This document shows, piece by piece, positions 23,992 to 37,352 of a stretch of DNA of 64,000 bases. This DNA is from Podarcis filfolensis. Its lineage: Eukaryota. The notes below the pieces were generated by a model that was given only the letters and a program-made list of their open reading frames with translations, searched no databases and was not told the origin of the DNA. The translations under genes and the position numbers were made by a program. Position 1 is the first letter of the stretch. Every line of letters begins with the position of its first letter. Location: the NCBI GenBank assembly GCA_964270895.1, contig OZ185444.1. One strand, given 5' to 3'.

Positions 23992-26900
23992 ACAATATTT
24001 TACTGTACAATTTGTTTTTGAGGAGCAGGTAGTGTTCCTACTGTCATTGAGAAGGTCATTGCACAGTAGGATCCACTGTGTACTTTACAGGAGCTGCAAT
24101 TGTAGATGGATAAAATCCTCCGGCAGATACTGAGGTTCTAAGCCACAAAACTAATGGATCTGTGGGTTTTCTTTGTGCTGGTGTGATTTGCATGGGCAAC
24201 CCATATTTCTGTTCCTCTGAGCCTCATATAGAAGTCTGTTTAATCACTCCCAGTTGTCTAGTGGCAGCTGACATATGTTACCCTTGCTCCAGTTTGCCAG
24301 CTGACAGAGATTGACGGGATTACAGCCATTTTTATATGAGAGCAGCATTCCAGAAACACATGAGAGAAAGGAACTATTATAGATGGCAAGTGCGGAAGAG
24401 CCAGCTTTAGCCTACATGCTGTAATATTAAATAGAGAGGTGGAGAAATATTACACCCATGCTATTCAGGAAACCTACGGCCATATAGCCTAAAGAACCAT
24501 AGTTCTTGAGTTGTGGGGGGCAGGGTATAATGTTTTGAAATCGGTTGCTTTTTGTAGATGATGCTACAGCATATATAAAAAGTGAAAGTAGAACCTTCAA
24601 GTTTGTAATGTGTCAGTGTAATTGCATAAACGCTAGTAGGTTTCAAAATTCATCCTAAGTAGCTCTATACACCCCTAGTAATTTTGAATCTTGGCTACAA
24701 AATTAGCTTTCACCAACCTAGAATCCCTCCTGGTACTCCTGGCTGGGGCTGCTAATGGGAGCTGAAGTCCAAAACATCTGGAAGTGTACCAGGTTGGTGA
24801 ATTTCTGTTGCAAAAAAGGAATGCTTTTCGGTGTTTCAAGAAGATAACTATGAATGTGGTGAGTTTAAAATAGAGAGGAAGTTCAAGAGCAACTGTGAAT
24901 ATCTGTCTACACCCTCATCAAACTTGCAGCATGGATATGATTTATTGTTAAGGTGACACTATATGCCATTCTTGGCCAATGTGTCAGGACAAAAACAGCT
25001 TTTATTTTGAATTGGGTTTTTTTAAGGCAAAGGGCTGCACTGCCCTGGCCCAGTTCTGTAGCTTCCCTGCTGTAAATATTGCTATGTTTTTCATCTGTAT
25101 GTTACTTGCATATTTTAAGTGGTTTTATCCTACTTCTAAATATTCTCAATGTTCATTATTTTGTAAGTCACTCTTGAGTTTGTGAAAAAAGGCACTAATA
25201 AACATAGCAAGCAACAATAATTAAAATTTTTGTGAAATAGACCAGAAGAACAGAGAGAAAAAGCAGCATTAAAAACAAACCAACCAACCCATATGCATGG
25301 CAATGGACATTACGCAGCAACATGGCACCAAGTGAACATTCAAGGGAGTCCCAGACAATCCAGGCTCTCCATTTTAATAGTAGACTCAAGGCTATTTAAT
25401 TACCCTTCCGAAGCTTTTATACATAAATTTCTATTTAACTCCTATGTATTGAAAACCTTCCCCCACACCCACTTAAAAAAAAATTAGATTTAAGTTCATC
25501 TACACAGCTGGTGATGCAGGTTGGTGTTGTTGTTGTCTTAAAGACAAAAGTACTGACATCCCAGTGCTTCTATCTTCCCTGGATAAACACAGGCTACAGA
25601 ACCTGTTTGCTCTGCGCAGCAGCTCAAACAGTAATAAAAATCTGTACTGACATCATAAATACCAGAAAAGGTCACCAGCGATTTGGGTGCAGGCACAAGT
25701 GCCCAAAGCTGAGGAAGGACTGGCACATAGTCAGTCTGGAACTTTAAATCCTTAAGCTCCCAGCATGTGGGGGCATTGGTATATTGCTCTTCAGAGTGCC
25801 TAAGGTAACAATCTCACTATGTGAAGTTTTTGCAGCTCTTTTGGAAGGAATAAAGCACATTTTTAAAGCCTGCTTGATGGTATTCTTACAGGGAGCGTTA
25901 CTGGCATGAAAGTTGCTGTGAAACAGTCTTTGCAGGCCTGCAAAATAAATTCATCTCTACAAAGAAGGTCATACATTTGCCCCTGGGAATTTGACACCAA
26001 TTGTGTTAATGGCCGACTTGTACAATTGGATCTGCCTAGAGAAAAGTTTCAGCAGGATCTAGGATCAGATCTATCAGACAGCAAGCAGCAAGCAGCACTG
26101 CGTCGGGTCTGGCTCTAGGTAGACAGACAGGGAAGAACTAAGAACAGGGCCCACGGGAGCTTGTTGGTCATGCAGAATGGTTCAGACCCCTGGAATGAAG
26201 AACAAATCCATGATCCATGTATCATGTGACTGTGATTCTGCAAGTATTTTCATTTAACTATATAAAGTGTAAGTCCATTGGTCAATGAAATTTACAATTG
26301 GCCTGGCAATGTGCAATTTATCCTGTCCCTGGGCGTGGGGCCAAGTGCCCTCATTGGTCAATTGGCCCCTCTCCCAGGGGAACACCCAAGATTTGCCACC
26401 ACCATAGGTCAATATGTGGCAGGCAGATGATCCAGCCGGCCATTCATTGATTCACTGGAGCTGCTCGGAGCCCATCTGCAAAACCGCCTGCCTAGGAGGG
26501 CAAACAGACTTCCCACAAACACATTCGAAAAACCATTGAATGTTAATCAGCCAAATCCCTGGTTGAAGAGAAGCTTTTTTGCCTGGTGCCTAAGGAATAG
26601 GTAATGAAGGTGCCAGGTGAGCCCCTTGGCTCTACTCTGCTTCTGAGTAGACATGAAAAAGATTGCACTCTAGGCTAGAGGTATCAACGCTATATTTTCC
26701 TCAGCAATAAGAAACTCCTTAGGAGGTGTTTTCTTCAATGATGAGATATGCAGCATTAGCAAGTCTATCTGGTAAAATCAGTTAATGAAAGTTTTCAAGG
26801 AGGAATGGAAAATGCTTGTAGATTATTTTAAAAATTACTGTAAATATGTTAGCACGCTAGCAGGTTTGGAGTAAGTTCAGCAGTACAAGTTATTTTGAGA

Positions 26901-27259
26901 ATAAAGCTGAGAAAAAAAGAAGGTATAGATTACTTATAACATGCAACAGCAAAAGATAATCATGAGAAAACCACAGAAGGGTGGGAGGGAAGTTGACTTT
27001 TTACGTGAATGTTTGATCAATTGTATTTTATTTGTGAATAATTATAAACATTAAAAAAGGAGGTGTTTTCTTCAGAGTGAGATGAATGGAACAGTTCCTT
27101 CATTGCCCTCTGAACTGACGTAGAGAGATTGTTTATTGAAAATATTTGTCTCCTGTCTGTACAGTAATAAACACACCACCCAAGGTAGCTCAACAGTAAA
27201 ACTAGCCAATAATAGCAATACAAAATAAAAGATAAATTATGGCTTTTTAATGTTATGAG

Positions 27260-27262
<3 letters not shown>

Positions 27263-27298
<36 letters not shown>

Positions 27299-27311
27299 CA
27301 CACACACACAC
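27263..27311. repeat. (TG)15-CGCG-(CA)7 compound microsatellite
   Basis: Read directly from the sequence. Confidence 0.95.
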
Positions 27312-29589
27312 GCAGGCACGCAGGCAAAAAAAAACTTCAATCAGGAAGTAGTTCCAAAACCTTCAAGCTGCTACTGAAAAGGTCCTCCTCCCAAGTTCCA
27401 ACAAGACACAACTCGGGTAGTGGTGGCATGTGAAGCAGAGCATCTCTGGAATATTGTAATAATTGAACAGGCTTATATGAGGTAAGACAGTCCATTAAGT
27501 ATCCTGGTCATAGACTCCTGGAACAGCTCTTGACTGTAGTTAGGGCTTTTACCATTCAGGGCCCTAAGTACACTGGTACATCTTTGTACCACCAGCACTC
27601 CTGCCTCTGAAAGGTGCAACTGTACAGATCAGCATAATAAGTAGCCCCATTAAGGAAATTAGTAGCACTTCACATTTGAGAAAATCTTCATATAATACAT
27701 CCCTTCGATCTTGCTCTTGCATGACTGAAGTTAATTATAAGATAGTTTCAATTCAGCCAAAGTGCCATTCAGGTAAATAACTAGCAATTCTTTCCCTTTT
27801 AAAGTAATTTCAGTGTGTTTACTATAATCTCATACAAATAATTTTTCAACAACCTTATAATGCGACTTCTGTGCCTGTGAACTGAACTTCAGTTTCCATC
27901 TAAGATCACATATAAATAAATGGACTGAAATTTAGTAATTTAGTATATAAATAGTTTCTAACCAGAGCAATCAGTTTGTGTATTAAATTCTATTACTGGG
28001 GGAAATATGAGCAATAATAGCTTACCTAGCCTCCTGTAATACAAAATCAGTCAGAAATAGGTTGTTTTCAGTTGTAAATAATTCATTGTGCATGTTTAAA
28101 GGCTCTAACCTTCAGCGAGAATGCAATCTTTCTTTAGGAAAATTGCTAAGAAGCACAGATGGATACCATCAAGGATTTTAATTGGTTATTTAAATCACAG
28201 TTAAAACTGGCGATTTAAATACAATCCGCCATAGTTTTGACAAGATGAAATTCATTTTCTTCAAGGAGCTCTGCTAAGTACTTTCAGATGTTCAGAACTT
28301 GGCTCCAGGTCCACATGGGAGCTTCCAGGGCTGATTTGTTTTGAAGTAGTCTACACAGGGCAGTGTGCCTTTAGGATTTGGGGCCAGGTTTGTTGTGAGA
28401 GGCTACGTAAGGTGGCCAAAATGAAATGGAATTGACTGTGCCTGTGTACTTTACAATTCACTAATGGATTGTCATTTTTGCTTTAATTTAAATATTGTAT
28501 GCTTAGCAGTGCCTTTCTGAACACTGAACAGAATTCCATGTAGAGATTCAAACATTATTGCATTTAACTGGCAAGAAAAGAGAGAAAAGTAATATAAGAC
28601 ATCTTCTGTAGCAGACAAACTGTAACTGAATCATTTTGACCAGCCAGTCCTGGGTGTACAATAACAGAATTCACCTTATGCCACTTCACATCTGCTTAGA
28701 GAACTCCATGACTGAGGAATATTTAAGTTTCAAAACTCCTGGAAGACTATCAAAGAAAAAAAAATGCAATGCCATGCGTTTGATGTTTTGCATACTAATA
28801 ACCAACCTGCTGCCTTCCAGATGTTGAGGACTACAGTTCCTATCATCCCTCACCATTGCCCATGCTGGCTGGGGCTGATGGGAGTTGTAGTCCAAAAATA
28901 TATAGGGGAGGCATCACAAGTAGGCACCTTCACCATATTCACTGCTAAAAACATTCTTGTTTAGACAAGCGTACCCAAATGCTTAGAAAGCTAGTGTAAA
29001 CTTTAATCTGTTTTCAGTATTGTAACTCATCTTACCCTAACCTGGTGCCCTCCAGCTACAGATGGGAACCACAATCCAGGACACCTGGATGGTATCGGGC
29101 AAGGGAAGTCTGCTGGTAGCAATGCAGCTTTCAGTTGCCACATTGCCGTAATTGTTACGGGTTGTTCAGGAGCACTTGCTATGGATAAATTTGTCCATCT
29201 ATTTGAGAACAGAGGATTGTGTGTCCTGATCAGCTTTTATCTTCTGCTTCTGCTTCTTCTTGGGGTTTAATTAAAAAGGATTTTGAGAGGCAGCAAAATG
29301 CAATAGCAGATACAGTTGTTACTTAAAAACCTTGACATAGGAAGGCAGTTTTATAGAAAGCATAGTGTTTCATATGATCTCTGATATCCATTCTGAGATC
29401 CGAATTTAATATGTTAAACAATGTGTCTAGGCAAGCAAAACAATAAGCAAAAGAAAGAACTTTGACAGTGCACAGATATTGTTGTTATTAATTTACTACA
29501 GGAACTAATATTCCAGGGCTGGTCACAACAATTTAAGACGCAACATCAAAAGCAGTTTAAAACAAGTTAGTCACAAGAATAGGGTGGGT

Positions 29590-29890
29590 CCTAAAAAATA
29601 AACATTTCAAGCATCAAAGACTAGGGAAACTCATTGCCACAATATGTGTTGGTGGACATACCTTAGAATTCCAAAGCAGATTGGACACATTCATGGAGGA
29701 TAGGTCTATCAGTGGCTATTAGCTATGGTGCTTATATAGGACCTTCAGGTGCAGAAACACTGGTAGGTGGAAAGCAACAGCACATGCCCTATGTGGTCTT
29801 CCTTGGGCATCTGTTTGGCCACTATGGGAAGCAAGATGGTAGACTGGGCAAACTTTTGGTCCAATGTGACAGGGCTCTTGCTCTGATTTT
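29590..29890 (+). mobile_element. CR1 LINE 3' end
   Basis: ttggacacattcatggaggataggtctatcagtggctattag (LDTFMEDRSISGY*), followed by the 3'UTR motif gggcatctgtttggccactatggg. Confidence 0.75.
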
Positions 29891-32258
29891 TTTAGGATAC
29901 TACAGATTGCTAATTCTGTGGTATGCAATGAAGGGCTAGGCTATCCACTATTTATCAGGCTGAAAGATGGCAACCCTCATGCCCTTCAAAGAAAAAAAGT
30001 GGTTTTTTTCTCTCCCCCAACTGGAGTGATATTAAGCAGCAACCCCATCCCTGATACACGCAGCTTCTGGGTTTGTGCTGCGTACCTGAATTATTTGTGC
30101 TTGCCTAGAGCATTCTAACTCAAGGCCTGTACAAGTAGAAGCATCTCTTTTCAAATCCTGCAGTGATCATTCTCATTAATTTAGCAGGCTACATAATAGG
30201 TTTTCATGTTCCTGCTAATTAAGACACAGCATCAGTGACTCTCATCTTTGTTATGTGTGAAAATCCGCAATATGGGCTAGCCAGTTTAAGGAGGAAATGG
30301 GACCACAGAGTGCATTAATAAAATTGTCAGGCAGCTATTAAAATAGTTTTAAAGTGTCTGAATTTTTATAGATATGTTGAAAGGTTGAATAACACTTGTC
30401 TTCACTCTATAAAAAGAACATCTGCTCCTTTCTGCTGGACCTGTATAAATGTCTAATAGTTGGGCTACAAAATGCTCAGATGCAAAATTGTTCTACACTT
30501 TGACTTAGAGGTTCCTTTGGGGACTCTGCTTATTTAAGCTTTCAGGCGCCTGAAAACTGCATTGCAAATGTGTTCCCTTTTACTATTTTCAAAAATACCA
30601 CCTACCAGTTATTGCATTTGATTTATTTCACTGATAATGCTCAGCATGTGGAAAACATCTGTGGCTTTTTACATGTTGCCATCTAACATATTGAGTCTTG
30701 TAGCATGGGGGTCTTACAGCACAGCATCCTTGTGTGTCTTTTTCCAAGAAAAAGGAAGCCATGGTGTATTGGAGTGAGTTAAGTAAAGATATTGCAAAGT
30801 ATTCTTCAGCATAGGCTATCTGACAGCCATTGCTTGTTATTCAGAGATTGATTATTTTTGTGGTCCAGTGTTTAGGGTTCTACAAATGTTAGCTTGTGCA
30901 AGTCATGATTTGTGCTTGCCACTGACTCCTTTTACCCACCTTGTGTCTGTATACTCAGTATGCTACAGGATCCAGGGGACTGTCTCACAACATGCTGGAC
31001 TTTAGAGCAGGTAAGAGACAGCACATGTCTCTCAAAATGTAATCCAAGGTCCAGTTTTAGTGGGGAGCCCTCACTTCTTGTACTTAGGACCAAGCTGAAC
31101 AAAATGAAATTAACAGAGAAACCCAACTTCCTAACCACTGTGATCAGGATATGTGAATTTCACGGCACTGAAAAATTATTTCTGATTTTTTTAGTAGTTA
31201 ATTTTTAATTGCTTTCAAGAGTTAAGATTCTGCATTCATGTATGTAGTTATCTGCTAAAAGCAACTGTAAATATTCTCCTGGGTCATTGATTCTTCTGGT
31301 GTCTTAGAGGAACAGCCAAACACCTTTCCCTGTTGCACTCATAGGCCATGTTTGCATGTTATGCCACTCTAGACGATGGCTTATGACTATGCAAATGCAC
31401 TGGATCCAGGAAAGAGATTGCAGCTACTTTTTTTCACCCCCAAGCTTTTTAGCTTGCCACAGCATGGCAGATAAACCAAGGTCGGGCTTAGCATATTGTG
31501 AAAACCAGGTATTGTGGTTATGCTCTCTACTCCAATATGATTTGTCCAATGGTGGCTACAGTCCATGTTTTAAGTAGAGAAGACGCTAACCATGATCCTG
31601 AGTTTAGGTGACATGATAAACCAAACACTGGTTTAGCTGCCATCTTGCACTAAGCTAAAAAGCCCAGGGAAAAGCAAAGTCGACGTGAGCTTCTTCCTTG
31701 GAGTCAGCATGTTCCTGGTTTACCATGATGTGCAAACCAAGTAATAGAATATAACATACGGCAGGTGCTACATACAGAGTGTAACTAGAGTCTTAATCTG
31801 GACAATTCATCCTCATTAAAACTAAATAAAAATGGGGGACAAATCGATCTTGCCACATGAAATGTTTTCATTACACATTAAGCTGTGAGTGTAGCAGGGG
31901 AACATTTACCTAGTCTTTGACCTTGAAAAGAGGATCAGTGGCCTGGCAAATGCATTAATCTGGCCAAAATGGGAGAGGTGGAGCATAAAAGTGTTAAATG
32001 CATCAATAAGTAAACTAGATTGCAGCCAGTCCCTTATACGTAGGTTTTGTTTTTCAACCGTACCCTTTTATTACATTTCACCATTAAAAAAAAAAAATCT
32101 ATGAAAGATTTTGCTTGCAAAGCTTACAAACTTTGCAGTACTTCTTATATTTGGTTTGGAGACATTTGCACAAGGAAAACTATGGATACAAAAACTTCAA
32201 ATATATATGTTTAGATGGCAGTTCTCAAAGAAATATGATAGTAAACATTTTAGAAGTA

Positions 32259-32497
32259 CAGTGCTACCTCAGGTTAAGTACTTAATTCGTTCCGGAGGTC
32301 CGTTCTTAACCTGAAACTGTTCTTAACCTGAAGCACCACTTTAGCTAATGGGGCCTCCTGCTGCTGCCACGCCACTGGAGCACAATTTCTGTTCTCATCC
32401 TGAAGCAAAGTTCTTAACCTGAAGCACTATTTCGGGTTAGCAGAGTCTAACCTGAAGCGTATGTAACCTGAAGCGTATGTAACCCGAGGTACCACTG
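32259..32497 (+). mobile_element. Tigger/pogo-like MITE, 239 bp
   Basis: CAGTGCTACCTCAGG...CCGAGGTACCACTG with TA TSD at 32257-58 and 32498-99. Same family and orientation as 16884-17125. Confidence 0.92.
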
Positions 32498-34828
32498 TAT
32501 ATTGAAGAACAGGTGAAAGTTAAGATGGCCAAAATTGGGGTTTTTTAAAAAAAAAAATACATACACTATTCCTCAAGATAATATTTCCACCTTTGAGCAC
32601 AGTGTGTTGCTTTAAAATACCTGATACTATAGCACAGCTCCAAACCCAGAGAAGCTGAGGGCAGGAAATGGGAGCATGGTCCAAAACAGGTACAGTCAAC
32701 TTTGAGAGAACATAGACCAGAGTCCAGTGGCATGGGTTTCCTCATAGCCAGTTAGAAGGTCTAACTTCCCAAAAGGCAGTTCAGGATCAGAGGAGCCACA
32801 GACAGGAATGAGACAGGGGACAAGAGCAATAGTAGTAGCAACAGAGGCGCTGAAGGGTAGAAAGTGGGTATCAGATTGCATCCTGCACAAGTCATGATCG
32901 AAGACAGCAGAAGAGCAAGCAGAATACTTGCACTCAAGATAGGCTGCTCAGACAGGAGCCTGAATGATTAAGGGTTGTCCTCTGAGGTCAATTGGTAGTG
33001 TTCAGAGAGGCTGTGATTAACCAGCCAGATTTGCCAAGAAGTCAAAATGCCAGTAGCATAGGAGTAGCTGGCTATCTGGACGATCTGGTTTGAGACATAC
33101 ACTCACTTCCTCTGGTGCCCAATGCAAATGAGGAGGTGATTTTATGCATTACCCAAAAATAGAGAGACCAACATCAGAGACAAAAGAGGACACTGTTTTG
33201 CATATGTTGATTTATCTGTATAGATGCAAATGCAAAAAGAATGTTTGCAATTTAAACAGAAATGCAATACTTATCAACATAGTTGGGAAGACTGTGTGGC
33301 CTGTGTGCCTGACTCTGCTGCTGTCAAGGTGCTGACTGTTTGATGGGCAACTTCAAGGCCCCTGCACTCCTTTTTTATGGATCTTTTTATTTAAACTGGA
33401 TTGGATGACAAAATAAGTATTCCTTCATATAGAAGAATGCCCTCTGTAAAATAGGACACATGGTCATGCTATACACAAAACTGGTGTACACTTTATTAGT
33501 TCTTCATTAGATGGGAAAGCACTTGGAGTGCTGTTTAAGAGTGGATTACAAATACAATATTTTTAAAAATTATATATACAACCTTCCACCACCACCCTTT
33601 TTTAAAGCTCTGTTAGGGCAGTTTGCTCATTAGCTCACATGTGCTAATAGCTCAAAATTAGTTAATTGATAGTAAACAGAGTAGAATCAACAAATGGTGT
33701 ATGTGGACAGAGGAGCCACTAGTCCATCATTGCAGCAATGTTTATGTTTACATCTGTAATGATGATCTGGCTCAGAATACACAGAAATGACCCTAAGGAA
33801 TGGGACTCCGTTATGTCACTAAGGAAGTTTACTCTTAGGTTTGATGGTTGCATAAAGGAAGGCAGGGAGTTTATAAACTCAAACCTAAGACTTCATTGCT
33901 TAAGGCCCTTGTACTATTCACATGCAATCTATCAAACACATTGGCTTTTCATGGTAATCGCTTGATATCCTACCCTCTCAGAACATGCCTGGCTCACTGT
34001 CGACAGCACCTGGGCCATGATAGTAACAACCATACTTCTAAGGACCTAAGGCCCCATTTCCAATTACAAAGCTCTCGTCTGAGGTTTTACCTTGGAGGTT
34101 GATGCTACAAATCATGTCTGCAATGCTGTGCTTGGCAGCAGACCAATTTCCACAAGGTACACAATGGCATAGGGGCACATCTGCCTTGCAGTTGCAGACC
34201 CAGGACTAAAGGTGAGATGTGCTGCACAGAGTTCAGTGACCTGACTGTCCCAATTATGAGGTGGTGAATACGCTGTTGTTAATCTGGGAAAGGGGAGAAA
34301 TACCCTTGCTTTTGAAATGCAGTGTGTCCCTGAGAAGTATGTTTCCTTGAGCTCCACATCCATGCATCCCATGAAAGAAGAGAAATGCATGGTGATGGAA
34401 TTAGCACCAATCCCTCATTATTTCTCTTGTTGTTTGTATTCACGGAGGCCTCACACATTCCTGCCATGTTCCCTTTATAGTGATCTTGAGCGTATGCCCA
34501 TATAGCTCAGTTAAATGGAGGATCTTTTATTTTCCAATTTTATGTTTTAAAATTTGTTTTAGATTTTTACTTTTCTGTACCAGTAGATTTTTTTTAAAGT
34601 ACTGGTCACTTCAACTAAAGGCTGTTCATAAAATTCACAACAGGAGACTTGTGGCATAATCTTTAAAACTGACAGCTGGTGAGCAAGATTATCTGCAAGG
34701 TTCGGCTGTCAAAGCACTTTGTGCAATAGCAGCAGCCTTGGAATGCATTTGGTTCTTCTACTCCAAAAGCAAACATATTGGTCTAAGGTAGAAGCATATC
34801 CCAACCTCCCTCCCTTCCCACCCCCCTC

Positions 34829-34859
<31 letters not shown>

Positions 34860-35142
34860 CTCTTCCTTTCTGAGCTTTGAACAATGAAGACCTCCAAACT
34901 GTGTGGTAGATTGGGAAGAGAGGCTATCGTTATTTCCATTTTGGCATGATAGGCAGGATTTAGATCAGACAGAACACTACCAGGACTAATGCAAATAGTA
35001 TGACAAGTCAGCCTGGAGGAGAGAGGGAGTTTTTGAGATTGTATGACTTAAGCTGCCTCTTGCTTTATGCCACTAAGGAATTTCCGTTCTTATTAATGGA
35101 GAGTCAAGCTTATTAACAGAGAGTCCATGAGTGCTTCTAGAC

Positions 35143-36378
35143 CCGTGACAGTGAACCGTTTAGAGACTGAGTGCCCAAACTGCAACCCAAAACCCACTTA
35201 TTTATCTCAAAGTGCCAACACAGCATTTTAACCTATATATCTCATTTTTTCTCTGTGTTTCACATTTCTTCTTTATGAATGCTGTTGTAATAAATAATCC
35301 TTCATAAAACTTATTGCATTACATTCTTCATTAAATTATCTTTCTAATAATATATAGTTTTATGGTATAACTCAGTGCTTTTTTCCCTAAAAAAAATGTT
35401 TAGGGGTACTCTCATTTTGACTTAAGAAAATCACAACCGGGGGGGAAATACATACAGTTCAAATCGGGGAAAATAAATACAGTTCAAACTGAGAAAAATA
35501 AATACAGTGGTACTTCAGTTTTCAAACAGCTTAGTTCTCAAACTACTTGGAACCTAAACACTTCAAACCTGGAAAGGAGTGTTCCGGTTCTGGAACTTTT
35601 TTCGGAAGCCGAACATGCTCTGTTCTGAGCATAACTTTCGTTTTGAGTGCCACACTTCTGTTTTCCTAGTGAGGGAAGGCGGGACGGGCGGCAAGCAAGC
35701 AGGCGCCTGCAGCCCTCCAGCGCTGGGTCCCTCCACCGCCGCCACAACAGCAACCACCCCCTCCTCCAGCTCTGGCGGCCCCAGCGCTGAGTGAGGGAAG
35801 GCTGGGCCAGGGCAGCAAGCGAGCAGGCAAGGGATGTCGGCACCACCCCCACCCTGCTCCTGCTTGCAGGCAAGTAGAAGTGGGATCGGGCTGCTCTGGT
35901 AGGCAGCATTGCTGCTTTTATGGGAACAGGAGCTGGATTGGGGCTGCTAAGCTGGGGAGGTGCAGGCTCCATCACACTTTCCATTGAGGGCTTCGCGGCT
36001 GCACTCCCCTCAAAGGAGAGGTTTAAAGGAGCCCCCACCTCCGCATCACTGCAACCCCGTGAAGGCAGCCAGGCTGAATAGGTGCTGGGGTTGGGGAAGG
36101 TGGAGGCAGTCTGAGAGCCCCTGCACCACCTGAAGGCAGCCAGGGGCTCCTCAGCTGAGCTGCCCACTCCCACTCCTAGTTGTGTGCAAGCGGGAGTGGA
36201 GGCAGGGATCTCTGAGAGATCCTCACCTCCACTCCTGCTTGCACGCAAGCCCTCCTCCCGCCCCACCCCCAGCATGGAAGCTACGGACGTCCCAGCTGCT
36301 GGGACAATGGCGCGCATGCCCACAGAGACAACTCTGAGTGCCCTCTCTGGCACATGTGCCATAGGTTTGCCACCACTG
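35143..36378. mobile_element. Non-autonomous composite hAT-Charlie-like element, 1,236 bp
   Basis: Exact 8-bp TSD TTCTAGAC at 35135-42 and 36379-86, fitting the Charlie NTCTAGAN target preference. Left end ccgtgacagtgaaccg (degenerate CAGTGATGGCGAACCT), right end aggtttgccaccactg. GC-rich interior with no transposase. Confidence 0.8.
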
Positions 36379-37302
36379 TTCTAGACTGTTGCTATTTTCA
36401 GATCGGATTCATTCATATACCAGCAAATACAGGTTCCACAGTGAAAGTCGATTTGGTGCTCTTGCACCATAAACCTCCTTCCCCCTAAAATTGGACTTTT
36501 TGCAATAAGGAAAGTGTGGGATAATGATTGCTTCATGTAACATCGTATAACCTTTCCTGCAAACTTGGTGCAAACGAACCAAGATAAATGTTCAGTAAAT
36601 GGGTCATCTGGAAATGGCCTGTGTTGCTAAGCAAGAACCAGATGAGATGTGAGCATTGCCATATGGTTGAATTAAAAAACAAACAAAAGAAATAACTATC
36701 GCTGGGGGGCAGGGAGCAAATTGGGAATGTAGTTGGATAACGTCCTTCATTGTCCTACTTAAAATTACTGCCATGCAGTAACAGGAGAAATGACTGTTTA
36801 CCTACTGGCACTAAAGAGAACTTTCCTGCCACTGCAGCTGGCAAGTATGGGGAATTATTCCAGTTGGAACCCAAGTAGCAGTAAAGAGTTAAAGACCCCT
36901 CCCACAGTCCCAGTCCAGCAAGAGTTTATTTTTTCATTTAAAAAATAAACTAAGCAAGGGCAACCTACATGACAAACATCATGTCTGGTTTGCCCCTGAG
37001 TGTATACAGTAATTTATTATAGGAAAGAGCCACTACTTGATCGTTTTTTCTCCTTTATTCTCCCTTAAGGAAGCTTTCTTGTGAAAGTATCCTGACATGG
37101 TGAAATTTATGGTTAGTCACCTCCTGAGGAATGATCAAAAACTGACCTTCGGATTGTAGAGTGTTCATTCATAAGAAGGGTGCACCACCGCTGAATGTAA
37201 GGAGTGAGTTGCCATAATAACTTTTGCAACATAACATGCTGCCGCTTTACCAGCTAGGACTGAGCCTCTTTTTCCTTAACAGAGGCAAGGAGAACTAATT
37301 TT

Positions 37303-37304
<2 letters not shown>

Positions 37305-37347
<43 letters not shown>
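37305..37347. repeat. (AG)n microsatellite
   Basis: About 21 units. Confidence 0.95.

Positions 37348-37352
<5 letters not shown>

Noticed and set aside
32620-33340. Possible LTR-like purine-rich region
   Set aside because: I could not find TG...CA termini with a TSD.
35430-35510. Short aaatacagt repeats (and the 23897 repeat) as a CRISPR-like array
   Set aside because: Eukaryotic context, only 2-3 degenerate units, and no regular unique spacers or cas genes.
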